Source: Marinomonas sp. (lineage in GTDB: Bacteria > Pseudomonadota > Gammaproteobacteria > Pseudomonadales > Marinomonadaceae). From it: 64,000 nucleotides of DNA. The stretch is taken from positions 330 through 64,329 of the forward strand of contig JBQEFB010000020.1 of NCBI GenBank assembly GCA_052107635.1, read 5' to 3'. Shown here piece after piece: positions 1 to 10,251 of this stretch; position 1 is the stretch's first letter, and each line of letters starts with the position of its first letter. The position numbers and the translations under genes were made by a program. Below the pieces are notes generated by a model. That model did not search any database, was not told the DNA's origin, and worked only from the letters and a program-made list of their open reading frames with translations.

Positions 1-609
1 TTCGCAAACAATCTACCTTGGCTAATACTTGCTGCTCTTATTTCCGTTTATATTATTTTAGGCATGCTATACGAAAGCTTTGCCCATCCACTGACGATTT
101 TATCGACCTTACCTTCCGCTGGGTTAGGGGCTTTATTGCTCATGCAGATAACCAATACTGAACTCACCGTTGTTGCCTTAATTGGCATTTTACTGTTAAT
201 TGGTATCGTTAAAAAAAATGCGATTATGATGATAGATTTTGCGTTAGATGCGCAACGACGCTTAGGATTAACAGCCGAAGAAGCGATACGAGAAGCCTGT
301 TTAAAACGCTTTAGACCAATCATGATGACATCATTAGCAGCTTTTTTCGGAGCCTTACCTATGGCCATAGACAGCGGTGGCGATGCCGATTTACGCAGCC
401 CGCTCGGTATTGCTATTTGCGGAGGTTTACTGGTCAGCCAGATCCTAACACTCTACACCACACCTGTTGTGTATCTTTATATGGAAAGAGTCAGCGAATA
501 TAGCAAAACCTTGTGGCATCGCTATATTCGCAAACACTCTGATGTCCAAATGAATAAGATACCCATCACTAATGCGATAACTAATAGACAAATGGATCAA
601 GATGAATAA
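1..609 (+). CDS. RND efflux permease (AcrB/MexB/MdtC family), C-terminal fragment; the 5-prime end lies outside the window
   Basis: Frame 1 is open from base 1. The translation [46 protein letters not shown]... matches the conserved C-terminal TM region of RND pumps. The stop at 607-609 overlaps the next ATG (602). Confidence 0.85.
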   Translation, partial: FANNLPWLILAALISVYIILGMLYESFAHPLTILSTLPSAGLGALLLMQITNTELTVVALIGILLLIGIVKKNAIMMIDFALDAQRRLGLTAEEAIREACLKRFRPIMMTSLAAFFGALPMAIDSGGDADLRSPLGIAICGGLLVSQILTLYTTPVVYLYMERVSEYSKTLWHRYIRKHSDVQMNKIPITNAITNRQMDQDE

Positions 610-2041
610 TCAAATTAAGCAACTCTTTGTACTAGGGATCAGTACGCTTATGCTAACAGGTTGTGGCTTATTAGGGCCTGATTATCATCGTCCTGACGCC
701 CCTAGCAGCACACAATTTAAAGAAGCAAAAGGTTGGAAAGAAGCAACGCCAGCAGATCAGCTCGCAAAAGGTCCATGGTGGGAGGAGTATCAGGATCCAA
801 TCCTTTCTGAGCTGCTAACAAACGTACAAATTAATAACCAAAACGTGGCACAATATGCGGCAGATTATGAAAAAGCCAAAGCCGTTGCAGAAGAGGCTGG
901 AGCAGATCTGTATCCTTCTATCAGTGGGACCGCAGGTATTACACGCTCAGGAACTCAAGGTAGAACTAGCACCAGTAACTCCGCTCAAGGCAGTATTAGT
1001 TGGGAAATTGATTTATGGGGTAAGTTGCGGCGCACACGTGAAAAAGACCGTGCTAGTGCCCAAGCAAGTGCTGCACAACTCGCATCAGCAACGCTTAGCG
1101 CGCAATCATCTCTTGCCCAATACTATTTTCAATTACGCGTATTAGATGAAAAAATACGCCTGTATCAAACTAATATTACCATCTACGAACAGTATCTAAC
1201 GGTCATAAACAACCAATATAACGCGGGTAATATTGCCAGTTCATCGGTTGCACAAGCCAAAACACAATTGCACAGTGCACGAGTTTCTATGCTCGATTTA
1301 AAATGGCAAAGGGCGCAGTATGAACACGCTATTGCCGTACTAATAGGCAAACCTCCTTCCGTTTTTTCATTGCCTAAAAAGCCACTGGAATATCATTTAC
1401 CGATTATTCCTATGAGTCTTCCGAGTTCGCTGTTAGAACGCCGTCCAGATATATCCTATGCTGAGCGCTCTATGGCAGCGGCCAATGCGGCCGTAGGCGT
1501 TGCTATTGCAGGTTATTATCCGGATTTAACATTATCCGCAAGCGCAGGTGTTGAAAGCTCACTACTAGGAAACTTGTTTGAACTGCCTTCCAAAGTATGG
1601 TCAATAGGCCCATCGTTAAGTGGTAATATTTTTGATTTTGGTGCGACAAAAGCACAAGTTAAACAGGCCAAAGCAGAGTACGATTCTAATGTCGCAAATT
1701 ACCGTCAAACCATATTAACGGCGTTTCAAGAAGTGGAAGACTATTTAGTTGCGATGCGTGTCCTCAAAGAAGAAATGGCGGTACAAACGTTAGCCACTAA
1801 CTCAGCGAAAGAATCCGCTCAAATCACCTACAATCAGTTTAAATCTGGTCTTATCGATTACCTCGATGTTGCCACCACAGAAGCAACGAGTTTGGGACAA
1901 CAACAAAACCAATTAACTGTTCTTAACACCCAATTGGTTAACAGTGTTCAGCTCATTGTCGCCTTAGGGGGCGGCTGGAATATTGATAAATTACCCTCTG
2001 ATAAACCACCTAAAGACACAAAAGAAGAAAACGCTAAATAG
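602..2041 (+). CDS. RND efflux outer-membrane factor lipoprotein (NodT/OprM family)
   Basis: 479 aa with signal peptide and lipobox LMLTGC. Length and helical-repeat composition are typical of OMF proteins. It overlaps the upstream RND gene by 8 nt, suggesting translational coupling. Confidence 0.85.
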   Translation: MNNQIKQLFVLGISTLMLTGCGLLGPDYHRPDAPSSTQFKEAKGWKEATPADQLAKGPWWEEYQDPILSELLTNVQINNQNVAQYAADYEKAKAVAEEAGADLYPSISGTAGITRSGTQGRTSTSNSAQGSISWEIDLWGKLRRTREKDRASAQASAAQLASATLSAQSSLAQYYFQLRVLDEKIRLYQTNITIYEQYLTVINNQYNAGNIASSSVAQAKTQLHSARVSMLDLKWQRAQYEHAIAVLIGKPPSVFSLPKKPLEYHLPIIPMSLPSSLLERRPDISYAERSMAAANAAVGVAIAGYYPDLTLSASAGVESSLLGNLFELPSKVWSIGPSLSGNIFDFGATKAQVKQAKAEYDSNVANYRQTILTAFQEVEDYLVAMRVLKEEMAVQTLATNSAKESAQITYNQFKSGLIDYLDVATTEATSLGQQQNQLTVLNTQLVNSVQLIVALGGGWNIDKLPSDKPPKDTKEENAK

Positions 2042-2063
2042 GGATAAAACCTAGTGTAAAAGA

Positions 2064-2088
2064 GCCCCCCATGATGATAATGGGGGGC
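2064..2088. terminator. GC-rich hairpin between convergent genes (GCCCCCCAT-N7-ATGGGGGGC)
   Basis: Perfect 9-bp G/C stem in the 90-bp gap between the OMF gene (+) and the acuI-like gene (-). T-rich only on the minus-strand side (CTCTTTTA). A second palindrome, ATGCTAG-TACG-CTAGCAT, follows at about 2094-2111. Confidence 0.45.
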
Positions 2089-2131
2089 CTAATCATGCTA
2101 GTACGCTAGCATCAGATAAAAATCGTCGCTA

Positions 2132-3112
2132 TTATAAAGCGACAATCACTCGACCACGCACTTTACCGTCTAACAAGGCCTGCGCCGTTTCTGTTACTTC
2201 ATCTAACGTGATTTCTTGACTGATTGCATCAAAATCTTCAGGTTGAAGTAACTCACTTAAACGTTGCCACGCTTCTAGACGATCCGCTAATGGGCGCATC
2301 ACACTGTCGATGCCGATTAGCTTAATACCCCGTAAAATAAAGGGCGCGACAGAGGCGGGAAAATCAAGACCTTGAGCCAATCCACAAGCTGTTACAACAC
2401 CACCATATTGGGTCGTTGCGCATGCATTTGCCAAAGTATGACTACCAACGCAATCGATCACCCCAGCCCAACGCTCTTTTTGCAGCGGTTTGCCAGGCTC
2501 AGAAAGCGTATTACGGTCAATTATCTCTCCAGCACCAAGACTTTTTAAATACGCAGTTTCTTCCATTCTCCCTGTAGAGGCCACAACCTGATATCCTAAA
2601 CGATTTAGAAAACGAATCGCAAAACTGCCTACACCACCATTTGCTCCAGTCACTAAAATGTCACCGGAATCGGGTGTCACTCCTTGTTTTTCCAATGCTA
2701 AAACAGACAACATGGCAGTGTATCCTGCTGTACCTACAGCCATACTTTGTTTAGCGTCTATACCTTTAGGAAGAGGTATTAACCAATCACTTTTTAAACG
2801 CGCCTTTTCAGCCAAACCACCCCAATGCATTTCGCCAACACCAAAACCATTAAGTAGTACCCAATTGCCTTCTTGAAAGCGTTCAGAGTCGCTTTGCAGC
2901 ACTTTACCGACTAAATCTATTCCTGGCACCATTGGATATGAACGTGCAATACGGCCCTTACCAGTAATGGCTAACGCATCTTTATAATTCAGTGTGCTGT
3001 AACAAACATCAACTAATACATCCCCCTCAGGCAACTTAGATTCTTCTAACTCAGTTAATTGGCACGTCTGGCGACGTTCTTCATTTTGAGTAATAACCAA
3101 TGCACGAAACAT
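2132..3112 (-). CDS. acuI: YhdH/AcuI-type MDR-superfamily oxidoreductase (acrylyl-CoA reductase-like)
   Basis: MFRALV...LPEGDVLVDVCYSTLNYKDALAITGKG...PMVPGIDLVGKV...GGVGS... is collinear with my memory of E. coli YhdH. Start chosen at ATG 3112, preceded by AGAGG. The ORF-track start at 3160 adds 16 non-conserved residues. Confidence 0.8.
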   Translation of the reverse strand: MFRALVITQNEERRQTCQLTELEESKLPEGDVLVDVCYSTLNYKDALAITGKGRIARSYPMVPGIDLVGKVLQSDSERFQEGNWVLLNGFGVGEMHWGGLAEKARLKSDWLIPLPKGIDAKQSMAVGTAGYTAMLSVLALEKQGVTPDSGDILVTGANGGVGSFAIRFLNRLGYQVVASTGRMEETAYLKSLGAGEIIDRNTLSEPGKPLQKERWAGVIDCVGSHTLANACATTQYGGVVTACGLAQGLDFPASVAPFILRGIKLIGIDSVMRPLADRLEAWQRLSELLQPEDFDAISQEITLDEVTETAQALLDGKVRGRVIVAL

Positions 3113-3123
3113 AAAACCTCTTT

Positions 3124-3138
3124 TAGACCGATCGTCTA
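3124..3138. promoter_or_regulatory. Candidate TetR operator, copy 1 (TAGAC-CGATC-GTCTA, followed by TTAAA)
   Basis: 5-bp inverted repeat 12 nt upstream of the acuI-like ATG. A near-identical 20-mer recurs upstream of the TetR gene at 3921-3935. Confidence 0.5.
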
Positions 3139-3190
3139 TTAAATTAATCAAAAAAACCAAAAGTTGCCTTTTGGTTAATAATATTTAACG

Positions 3191-3889
3191 TTAATTCGCT
3201 TTTATTGCTTGTATAAAAAAAGTTAGAAAAGTATCTAATGGTCGTGTACTTTTCAGCAATCGAGTACGCTGAACAGCACCTTCCCAGCCAATCCAAAAAG
3301 CTTGAGAAGTATCTTCAAGGCTTCCCTGAAGTACGATATTTCCTTGTTTTTGTCCTTCTAACAGACAACTAGCAATACGCTTTTGCCAACTTTTATAGGT
3401 ATTTTGTAACGGCTCATGGAAACTCTCTGAGAGTAATGTCGACTCTTGCTCTAAATTACCGACTAAACAACCACGCTTAAAATTATGTCGCACAATGCCT
3501 TCTTGAGCATCTTTCGCAAAGCGCTGTAATCGTTCCAAAGGAAGAAAAGCATCATCCAGCAAAAAACTGTCTAATTTCGCTTCAAAGTAACGTCGATAAC
3601 GCCCAAGAACAGCTAACCCAAAAGCGTCTTTACTAACAAAATAATGATAGAAGGAGCCTTTTGGCACACCGACAGATTTTAAAATCGTATCGATCCCACT
3701 GCGTGTAAAACCTGTTTCAGTTAACACTAACATCCCTGCGCGTAATAATATTTCGCGAGTATCTTGAGTCTCATTAGGCTGTTTTTTAGGGCGTCCTCGA
3801 CGCGGCTTAGCACGAACTTCACAGTCTGTTTGTTCGCTTTGCACACTAAACGTCTCAGAACTTAATATGTCACCGTTCACAAGCAGCAT
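3191..3889 (-). CDS. TetR/AcrR-family transcriptional regulator
   Basis: HTH region ILLRAGMLVLTETGFTRSGIDTILKSVGVPKGSFYHYFVSKDAFG is typical of TetR_N. It has a basic N-terminal extension of about 45 aa (RRGRPKK) and lies directly upstream of, and co-directional with, the acuI-like gene. Confidence 0.85.
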   Translation of the reverse strand: MLLVNGDILSSETFSVQSEQTDCEVRAKPRRGRPKKQPNETQDTREILLRAGMLVLTETGFTRSGIDTILKSVGVPKGSFYHYFVSKDAFGLAVLGRYRRYFEAKLDSFLLDDAFLPLERLQRFAKDAQEGIVRHNFKRGCLVGNLEQESTLLSESFHEPLQNTYKSWQKRIASCLLEGQKQGNIVLQGSLEDTSQAFWIGWEGAVQRTRLLKSTRPLDTFLTFFIQAIKAN

Positions 3890-3920
3890 TACCTTTCACT
3901 TTTAAATATAATTTTTAATT

Positions 3921-3935
3921 TAGACCGACTGTCTA
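3921..3935. promoter_or_regulatory. Candidate TetR operator, copy 2 (TAGAC-CGACT-GTCTA, followed by TTAAA)
   Basis: Same motif and orientation as 3124-3138, located 32 nt upstream of the TetR ATG (3889). Confidence 0.5.
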
Positions 3936-3949
3936 TTAAAGTCAAATCA

Positions 3950-4828
3950 TTAAACAAGCGTACTTTCTCTGTGTTTATCTTTTGTTGGTGGCACACCAAA
4001 GTAACGCTTATAGTCTCGACTAAATTGATGCACACTTTTATAGCCTACTTCTAAAGAAATCTGGCTTACATTCTTAAGACCTTGGTTTAGCAGCATTTGT
4101 GACTTTAATAGGCGTAAACGTTTTAAATACTGTAAAGGAGAAGAGCCTACTATCGCTTTAAAATGTTGGTGAAAACTCGATACACTCATATTAGCGTCTT
4201 CGGCTAATTGCTCTACTCGCACTTCTTGAGCTAATTGCAGCTGTAATTGTTGTAAAGAATGTACTATTTTTGAAAAACGCCCCTGATTCACCACTAGAGC
4301 TCGTAAAGCGTCTCCTTGTGCTCCTTGTAATGCTTCAAAAACAACTTCTCTAACACGACTTTGCCCCATTATTTTTGCGGTTTTTGAATCATGTAAAGCA
4401 CGAACAAGACGAGTGACCGCTTCCAACATCTCCTTGCTCATAGCCACAGAAGACATGGGAAAATATGGTGTAGATGGATGCAAATCCGCTTCGCTAGAAT
4501 CAGCGGCTAATTCGGCCAATAAAATTGGATCAATGGCTATTGATACGCCTAAAAGCGGCTCTTCTTTACTAGCAAAAGTTTCACATTCAAAAGGTAAAGG
4601 CAGTGTCTGTACCAAATACTGTCCAGAATCATAATGCATTTCACGATCACCTAAATAACCAATTTTACGGCCCTGAACAATTATCGTCAGGCCCGGACGG
4701 TAGATTAGAGGCATTCTAGGCAAAGGTTTTGCGCACTTAATTAAGCGTACGTTATTAATTGAAGTATCTGAAAATCCATCTTCATCAACAAGAGGTTTGA
4801 TCAAATCGACTAAGTTAATATCTATCAT
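3950..4828 (-). CDS. AraC-family transcriptional regulator (AraC_N-type sensor domain plus C-terminal HTH; YqhC-like)
   Basis: C-terminal motif ...SVSSFHQHFKAIVGSSPLQYLKRLRLLKSQMLL...VSQISLEVGYKSVHQFSRDYKRYFGVPP. Divergent from an alcohol dehydrogenase gene. Confidence 0.8.
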   Translation of the reverse strand: MIDINLVDLIKPLVDEDGFSDTSINNVRLIKCAKPLPRMPLIYRPGLTIIVQGRKIGYLGDREMHYDSGQYLVQTLPLPFECETFASKEEPLLGVSIAIDPILLAELAADSSEADLHPSTPYFPMSSVAMSKEMLEAVTRLVRALHDSKTAKIMGQSRVREVVFEALQGAQGDALRALVVNQGRFSKIVHSLQQLQLQLAQEVRVEQLAEDANMSVSSFHQHFKAIVGSSPLQYLKRLRLLKSQMLLNQGLKNVSQISLEVGYKSVHQFSRDYKRYFGVPPTKDKHRESTLV

Positions 4829-5013
4829 CTTTTATCGGGCCATCTAGAAAAATCAATAGATAGATCATCTATTAAGGATTGTGTAGGAAAAGCTAAGTTT
4901 AATTTTTTTGTAGAAATTGGCAAAAGTATAACAAGAATGCACAACACAAAATATTCTTTCGTACTCTAGAATAAAGCACATGTATTTCATACTTTATGTT
5001 TGGAGAAAATAGA

Positions 5014-6072
5014 ATGAGTTATACCAAAGCTTACGCCGCTACATCTGCGACAACCCCTTTAGCACCTTTTACATTCGAACGCCGTGCACTACGTAACAAT
5101 GACGTAAATATCGATATTCTGTATTGCGGTGTTTGTCACTCTGATATTCATGTAGCAGAAAGTGATTGGGGCCCAAGTGAATACCCCGTCGTTCCTGGCC
5201 ATGAAATTGTTGGTCGTGTTACCGAAATCGGTAGCGACGTAAATAAATATAAAGTGGGTGACTTAGTCGGTGTCGGTTGCTTAGTAGATTCTTGTCAAAC
5301 TTGTTCATCTTGCAAGCAAGATCTAGAACAATATTGCGATGGTGGCATGGTAGGTACTTATGGTTCTCGAGATTTGATTGATGGTAGCCTAAATCATGGC
5401 GGTTATTCCGATCATATTATCGTAAGAGAAGAATTTGTCTTATCCATACCTGAAGCATTAGATATTCGTAAGGCTGCACCATTATTATGTGCAGGGATCA
5501 CTACTTATTCGCCATTGCGTCATAATGGCGTTAAAGCTGGCGACAAAGTTGGTATTATCGGCATGGGTGGCTTAGGTCACATGGGGGTAAAGTTCGCTAA
5601 AGCATTAGGAGCTGAAGTAACCATTTTTACTCGCTCAGAAAGTAAAATTAGCGAAGCAAAAAAACAAGGGGCTGATCACGTTATCGTTTCTACTGATGAA
5701 GCGCAAATGCAAGCAGCAGCAACGACCTTTGATTACTTGTTAGATACCATTCCAGTACAGCATGATTTAAACCCTTACCTTAATTGCTTAAAAGTAGATG
5801 GTACGCATATTATTGTGGGTCTAATAGAACCAATTGACCCACCAGTACACGGCGCTAACTTAATTTTAAAACGCCGAGTGTTAACAGGTTCACTGATTGG
5901 TGGCATAGCGGAAACTCAAGAGGTATTAGAATTCTGTGCTGAACATGGTATCGAATGTGATGCTGAAATGATTAATATCCAAGATATTAACGAAGCTTAT
6001 CAGCGTATGAAAAAAGGCGACGTAAAATATCGTTTTATCATTGATATGAAAAGTTTAAAAGAAGAGGTCTAA
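5014..6072 (+). CDS. Zn-dependent NAD(P) alcohol dehydrogenase (cinnamyl-ADH/YahK-like)
   Basis: GVCHSDIH and GHEIVGRV zinc motifs, the CxxCxxCxxxxxxxC structural-Zn cluster (CQTCSSCKQDLEQYC) and the Rossmann motif GMGGLGH. Start moved to ATG 5014 (GGAG at 5002-5005, 8-nt spacer). Confidence 0.85.
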   Translation: MSYTKAYAATSATTPLAPFTFERRALRNNDVNIDILYCGVCHSDIHVAESDWGPSEYPVVPGHEIVGRVTEIGSDVNKYKVGDLVGVGCLVDSCQTCSSCKQDLEQYCDGGMVGTYGSRDLIDGSLNHGGYSDHIIVREEFVLSIPEALDIRKAAPLLCAGITTYSPLRHNGVKAGDKVGIIGMGGLGHMGVKFAKALGAEVTIFTRSESKISEAKKQGADHVIVSTDEAQMQAAATTFDYLLDTIPVQHDLNPYLNCLKVDGTHIIVGLIEPIDPPVHGANLILKRRVLTGSLIGGIAETQEVLEFCAEHGIECDAEMINIQDINEAYQRMKKGDVKYRFIIDMKSLKEEV

Positions 6073-6110
6073 CCAGTTATCCGTTAGCAAACTATTTGTG
6101 TTCTAACCTT

Positions 6111-6137
6111 AAAAAGCGCCAATGGCGCTTTTTTTTT
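6111..6137 (+). terminator. Rho-independent terminator after the ADH gene
   Basis: AAAAAGCGCC-AAT-GGCGCTTTTTTTTT. Confidence 0.8.
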
Positions 6138-6239
6138 GCCTGTTTTATCTACTAAAGATAAAAATTATTGCTTACCACTCCGTGCATCTCATAGCCACAC
6201 GCTAAACCTGCCTACAAGAAAATCCATACCTAGACGATA

Positions 6240-6760
6240 AAAGTTACACACAGCAGAAAATCTATTGGCATTTTGTCGTTTTTCCACAACCAACACTATT
6301 CTAAAAAAGCCTTAATTATTCACACGTAGTATTTTTTTTGCAGTAAGTAGAAGTTTTTTTATTTTTTTACTTGTGGATTACTTTTTTTAAAAAGCATTCT
6401 AACCACCTGTTAGTAATCAGAATAAATACTTATAAAACATACATCTATAAAATTAAATTCAAAAAAAAACACCTGTTGATAAGTATGGTGATATATTGAT
6501 AAGAAGTTTTGCACAGTTTTTAACAACTTTGGCGTTAAAAAACTTTCATGTATAACTAGGCATTCTATGCACAGGTTCACCTTATCCACACCACAGGATT
6601 AGAACCCCTTTTTAACAAGTTGTTATCTCTATAACAACATAATTAATATAGTAAATTTATAGTTATCCACTGATTTTATCTTGCTATATAAACATAACAA
6701 ACATAAAAAGACATATATATAATACTAATATTTAATATTGATGACCGGGTGATTACGAGA
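6240..6760. other. Candidate chromosomal replication origin (oriC) upstream of mnmG/gidA
   Basis: Sits in a 778-bp non-coding AT-rich gap. One perfect and at least four one-mismatch DnaA boxes, with an A/T-only block next to gidA. See findings. Confidence 0.5.
6582..6590 (+). promoter_or_regulatory. Perfect DnaA box TTATCCACA
   Basis: Exact match to the consensus TTATNCACA. Near-matches lie at 6280-6288, 6372-6380 (reverse), 6474-6482 (reverse) and 6663-6671. Confidence 0.6.
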
Positions 6761-6850
6761 TAGGTCGCTTTCTTTTTTAAAATTAGCCGATATACTAGGC
6801 GCCCTTATCAAGTTGTTCGTTTTTTATTCATTTTATATTCCGAGGTTCCT

Positions 6851-8740
6851 GTGGATTTCCCAACCCGCTTTGATGTGATTGTGGTCGGTGGTGGACATGC
6901 TGGTACAGAAGCTGCTTTAGCTGCAGCTCGTATGGGTGTTAAAACTTTATTGTTGTCCCACAACATTGAAACTTTAGGACAAATGTCCTGTAATCCTGCT
7001 ATTGGTGGTATCGGGAAGTCTCACCTAGTAAAAGAAATTGATGCTTTAGACGGTGCTATGGCATTGGCAACAGATAAAGCAGGTATTCAATTTCGTACTT
7101 TAAATTCTCGCAAAGGGCCAGCGGTTCGAGCAACCCGTGCGCAAGCTGATCGAATACTTTACAAAGCGGCAATACGCTATCAGCTTGAAAACCAAAAAAA
7201 TCTTTGGTTATTTCAACAGTCTGCTGAGGATTTGATTGTTGAAGAGGGTGAAGCCCGAGGGGTTATTACTCAAACAGGTATTCGTTTTAACAGTAAAACT
7301 GTAGTACTAACAGCAGGGACTTTTTTAGGTGGCATTATACATGTCGGCTTACAAAACCACGCTGGTGGACGAGCTGGTGATCCACCATCAATTGGCTTAG
7401 CAGAAAAACTGCGAGCACTTCCATTTCGTGTTGATCGCTTAAAAACGGGGACACCACCTCGAATTGATGCACGAACTGTTGATTTCTCTCAAATGGAAGC
7501 TCAACCAGGCGATAATATTGCGCCTGTGATGTCTTACATGGGAAATCGTGAGATGCACCCGCGTCAAATTGAATGTTTTATTACCCATACCAATGAGCGT
7601 ACTCACGATATTATTCGCAGTGGTATGGATCGTTCTCCGATGTATACCGGCGTTATCGAAGGTGTTGGTCCACGTTATTGTCCATCCATTGAAGATAAAA
7701 TAGTTCGTTTTGCAGATAAAAACTCACATCAAATTTTTATCGAACCTGAAGGGTTAACAACTCATGAGCTTTATCCAAATGGTATTTCAACTTCGTTACC
7801 ATTTGATGTGCAAATAGATCTCGTCCGTTCAATGAAAGGCATGGAAAATGCTCATATTATTCGTCCAGGCTACGCTATCGAATATGATTATTTTAATCCG
7901 CAGGATCTAAAGTACTCACTTGAAACCAAGCATATGCCTGGTTTGTTCTTTGCTGGACAAATTAATGGCACGACAGGTTATGAAGAGGCCGGTGCACAAG
8001 GTTTATTAGCGGGTATCAATGCTGCTCGTTTGGCTCAAGATAAGGAAGCTTGGACTCCACGTCGTGATGAAGCGTATTTGGGAGTACTAGTCGATGATCT
8101 GATTTCGATGGGTACCAAAGAGCCTTATCGTATGTTTACTAGCCGTGCGGAATATCGTCTTATTTTACGAGAAGACAATGCTGATATTCGTTTGACCGAA
8201 AAGGGTCGAGAGCTAGGATTAGTTTCTGATGCTCGTTGGGAAGCATTTTGTAAAAAGCGTGAAGCAATTGAACGTGAGACACAACGTTTAAAAGCAAGTT
8301 GGATTGTCCCTAATTCTGCTGAAGCTGAAGCCATTAATCCTAAGCTAGAAAGCCCTATTAGTCATGAATATAGCTTATTAGATCTATTGAAACGTCCAGG
8401 TCTTGTATACAGCGATATCGCTAACTTAAAGAATGCGCCTGAGACACCAGTAGATGATCAAGTCTCTGAGCAAGTTCAGATTGCCGTTAAATACGCAGGT
8501 TATATCACTCGTCAAGCGGATGATATTGAACGTTTGCGTCGTCAAGAAAATACCGCTTTGCCGGAAGATTTTGACTATAGCAATATGGAAGGGCTATCGA
8601 ATGAGATTAAGCAAAAGTTGATGGAATCACGTCCAGCTACGCTTGCTGCTGCCTCTCGAATCCCTGGTGTAACGCCTGCTGCAGTATCCTTACTATTAAT
8701 TCATCTGAAAAAACGTGCGATTGCACGCAAAAGTGCCTAG
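6851..8740 (+). CDS. mnmG: tRNA uridine-5-carboxymethylaminomethyl modification enzyme MnmG (GidA)
   Basis: 629 aa. [26 protein letters not shown] motif with full-length collinearity to GidA. GTG start. Confidence 0.95.
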   Translation: MDFPTRFDVIVVGGGHAGTEAALAAARMGVKTLLLSHNIETLGQMSCNPAIGGIGKSHLVKEIDALDGAMALATDKAGIQFRTLNSRKGPAVRATRAQADRILYKAAIRYQLENQKNLWLFQQSAEDLIVEEGEARGVITQTGIRFNSKTVVLTAGTFLGGIIHVGLQNHAGGRAGDPPSIGLAEKLRALPFRVDRLKTGTPPRIDARTVDFSQMEAQPGDNIAPVMSYMGNREMHPRQIECFITHTNERTHDIIRSGMDRSPMYTGVIEGVGPRYCPSIEDKIVRFADKNSHQIFIEPEGLTTHELYPNGISTSLPFDVQIDLVRSMKGMENAHIIRPGYAIEYDYFNPQDLKYSLETKHMPGLFFAGQINGTTGYEEAGAQGLLAGINAARLAQDKEAWTPRRDEAYLGVLVDDLISMGTKEPYRMFTSRAEYRLILREDNADIRLTEKGRELGLVSDARWEAFCKKREAIERETQRLKASWIVPNSAEAEAINPKLESPISHEYSLLDLLKRPGLVYSDIANLKNAPETPVDDQVSEQVQIAVKYAGYITRQADDIERLRRQENTALPEDFDYSNMEGLSNEIKQKLMESRPATLAAASRIPGVTPAAVSLLLIHLKKRAIARKSA

Positions 8741-8765
8741 AATCATCAGCCGATAACGCCTTTAA

Positions 8766-9404
8766 TTGGATTCGACTGTGACACACTTTGATGCCATTCA
8801 AAAAGGCGCCCAAGAAATGGGCGCCAATTTATCTGATACAACGATTCAAACGCTTGTAGATTATCTTGCCATGTTCCAAAAATGGAATAAGGCCTATAAC
8901 CTTACTGCGATACGTGATGTTGATCAGATGATTTCATTACATTTACTCGATAGCCTAGCAACATTACCTTTTATTACTGGTGAGCAGATTATTGATGTTG
9001 GAACCGGACCGGGATTACCGGGCATGGTGCTTGCTATTTGTCTTCCTGAAAAACAATTTACCTTGTTAGATAGCAATGGTAAAAAAACCCGATTTCTGAC
9101 CCAGGTTAAAATGGAACTCGGTATAAAAAATGTTACCGTAGCAAATGAACGAGTAGAAAAACATGCTCATCAAGGTTCTTATGATCATGTTATTTCACGT
9201 GCCTTTGCTTCGCTTCAAGACATGATAAACTGGACTTTACCCTTACCAAAGGACACAGGTAACTTTTTAGCGATGAAAGGGGTGTACCCTAGTGATGAGC
9301 TAATTGGACTGCCTTCAGGTGTTGAAGTTCTAAGCATTGAACCGCTCAATGTGCCAACCATCCACGCTGAACGACATATGGTAGTGATGGCACGCAAAGG
9401 ATAA
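8766..9404 (+). CDS. rsmG: 16S rRNA (guanine527-N7)-methyltransferase RsmG (GidB)
   Basis: SAM motif DVGTGPGLPG and position directly after mnmG. Start uncertain (TTG 8766 or GTG 8778). Confidence 0.9.
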   Translation: MDSTVTHFDAIQKGAQEMGANLSDTTIQTLVDYLAMFQKWNKAYNLTAIRDVDQMISLHLLDSLATLPFITGEQIIDVGTGPGLPGMVLAICLPEKQFTLLDSNGKKTRFLTQVKMELGIKNVTVANERVEKHAHQGSYDHVISRAFASLQDMINWTLPLPKDTGNFLAMKGVYPSDELIGLPSGVEVLSIEPLNVPTIHAERHMVVMARKG

Positions 9405-9410
9405 CAAAAC

Positions 9411-10193
9411 ATGGCGAGAATAATCGCAGTCACGAATCAAAAAGGTGGCGTGGGTAAAACCACAACCTGTGTCAATTTAGCCGCTTCTTTAGCAGCAATG
9501 AAACGTCGTGTGCTTTTGATCGATCTCGACCCTCAGGGAAATGCCACCACAGGAAGTGGGTTAATCAAAGATCAGCTGGATACCAGCGTCTTTGATGTTT
9601 TGGTTGGTACTCATGGGGTAAAAGACGTGATTGTACCTGTTATGGAAGATCTATCTGGTCCTGGTAAATATTGGGTATTACCTGCTAACGGTGATTTAAC
9701 GGGTGCCGAAGTCGCATTATTAGATTTACCAAGTAAAGAAACTCGGTTGCGAGCTGGTCTTTATGAAGTGAGTAATGACTTCGATTACATATTGTTAGAT
9801 TGTCCTCCAGCATTAAATATGTTGACAGTTAATGCGCTTGCAGCTTCCCAAGGTGTATTGATCCCTGTGCAATGTGAATATTACGCTTTGGAAGGTTTGA
9901 CGGCATTATTGCAGACGATTGAGCGTATTTCACATGCTTTGAACCCATCTTTAGAAATTGAAGGGATTTTACGTACTATGTATGATCCTCGACCTAGCTT
10001 AACTCACGATGTCTCTGGTCAATTGCAAAAGCATTTTGGTCCGAAAGTGTATGACACTGTCATCCCAAGAAATATCCGCCTTGCTGAAGCCCCAAGTTAT
10101 GGTTTGCCGGTACTGCATTATGAAAAACAATCTCGTGGTGCGATGGCTTATCTCGCTCTTGCAGGGGAGTTTATTCGAAAAAGCACCACATAG
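9411..10193 (+). CDS. parA: Chromosome partitioning ATPase ParA/Soj
   Basis: Deviant Walker A NQKGGVGKTTT. 260 aa. Followed by parB. Confidence 0.92.
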   Translation: MARIIAVTNQKGGVGKTTTCVNLAASLAAMKRRVLLIDLDPQGNATTGSGLIKDQLDTSVFDVLVGTHGVKDVIVPVMEDLSGPGKYWVLPANGDLTGAEVALLDLPSKETRLRAGLYEVSNDFDYILLDCPPALNMLTVNALAASQGVLIPVQCEYYALEGLTALLQTIERISHALNPSLEIEGILRTMYDPRPSLTHDVSGQLQKHFGPKVYDTVIPRNIRLAEAPSYGLPVLHYEKQSRGAMAYLALAGEFIRKSTT

Positions 10194-10251
10194 TTTGGTT
10201 ATAGATGCTACTGAATCTCTAGGATACTAATTTCAACTAAGGTTTTATAAC

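Noticed and set aside
6140-6850. Complete absence of GATC in the candidate origin, as possible evidence for Dam-independent origin control.
   Set aside because: Given about 28% GC in this stretch, only 1-2 GATC sites are expected by chance. Zero is therefore not statistically meaningful on its own. It is noted under the oriC finding only as a contrast with E. coli-type origins.
9185-9210. Search for parS (TGTTNCACGTGAAACA-like) near parAB. CACGTG-containing sites occur at about 1033, 9196, 13142 and 16625.
   Set aside because: None matches more than about 10 of 16 positions or is palindromic beyond the CACGTG core. No parS can be supported in this window.
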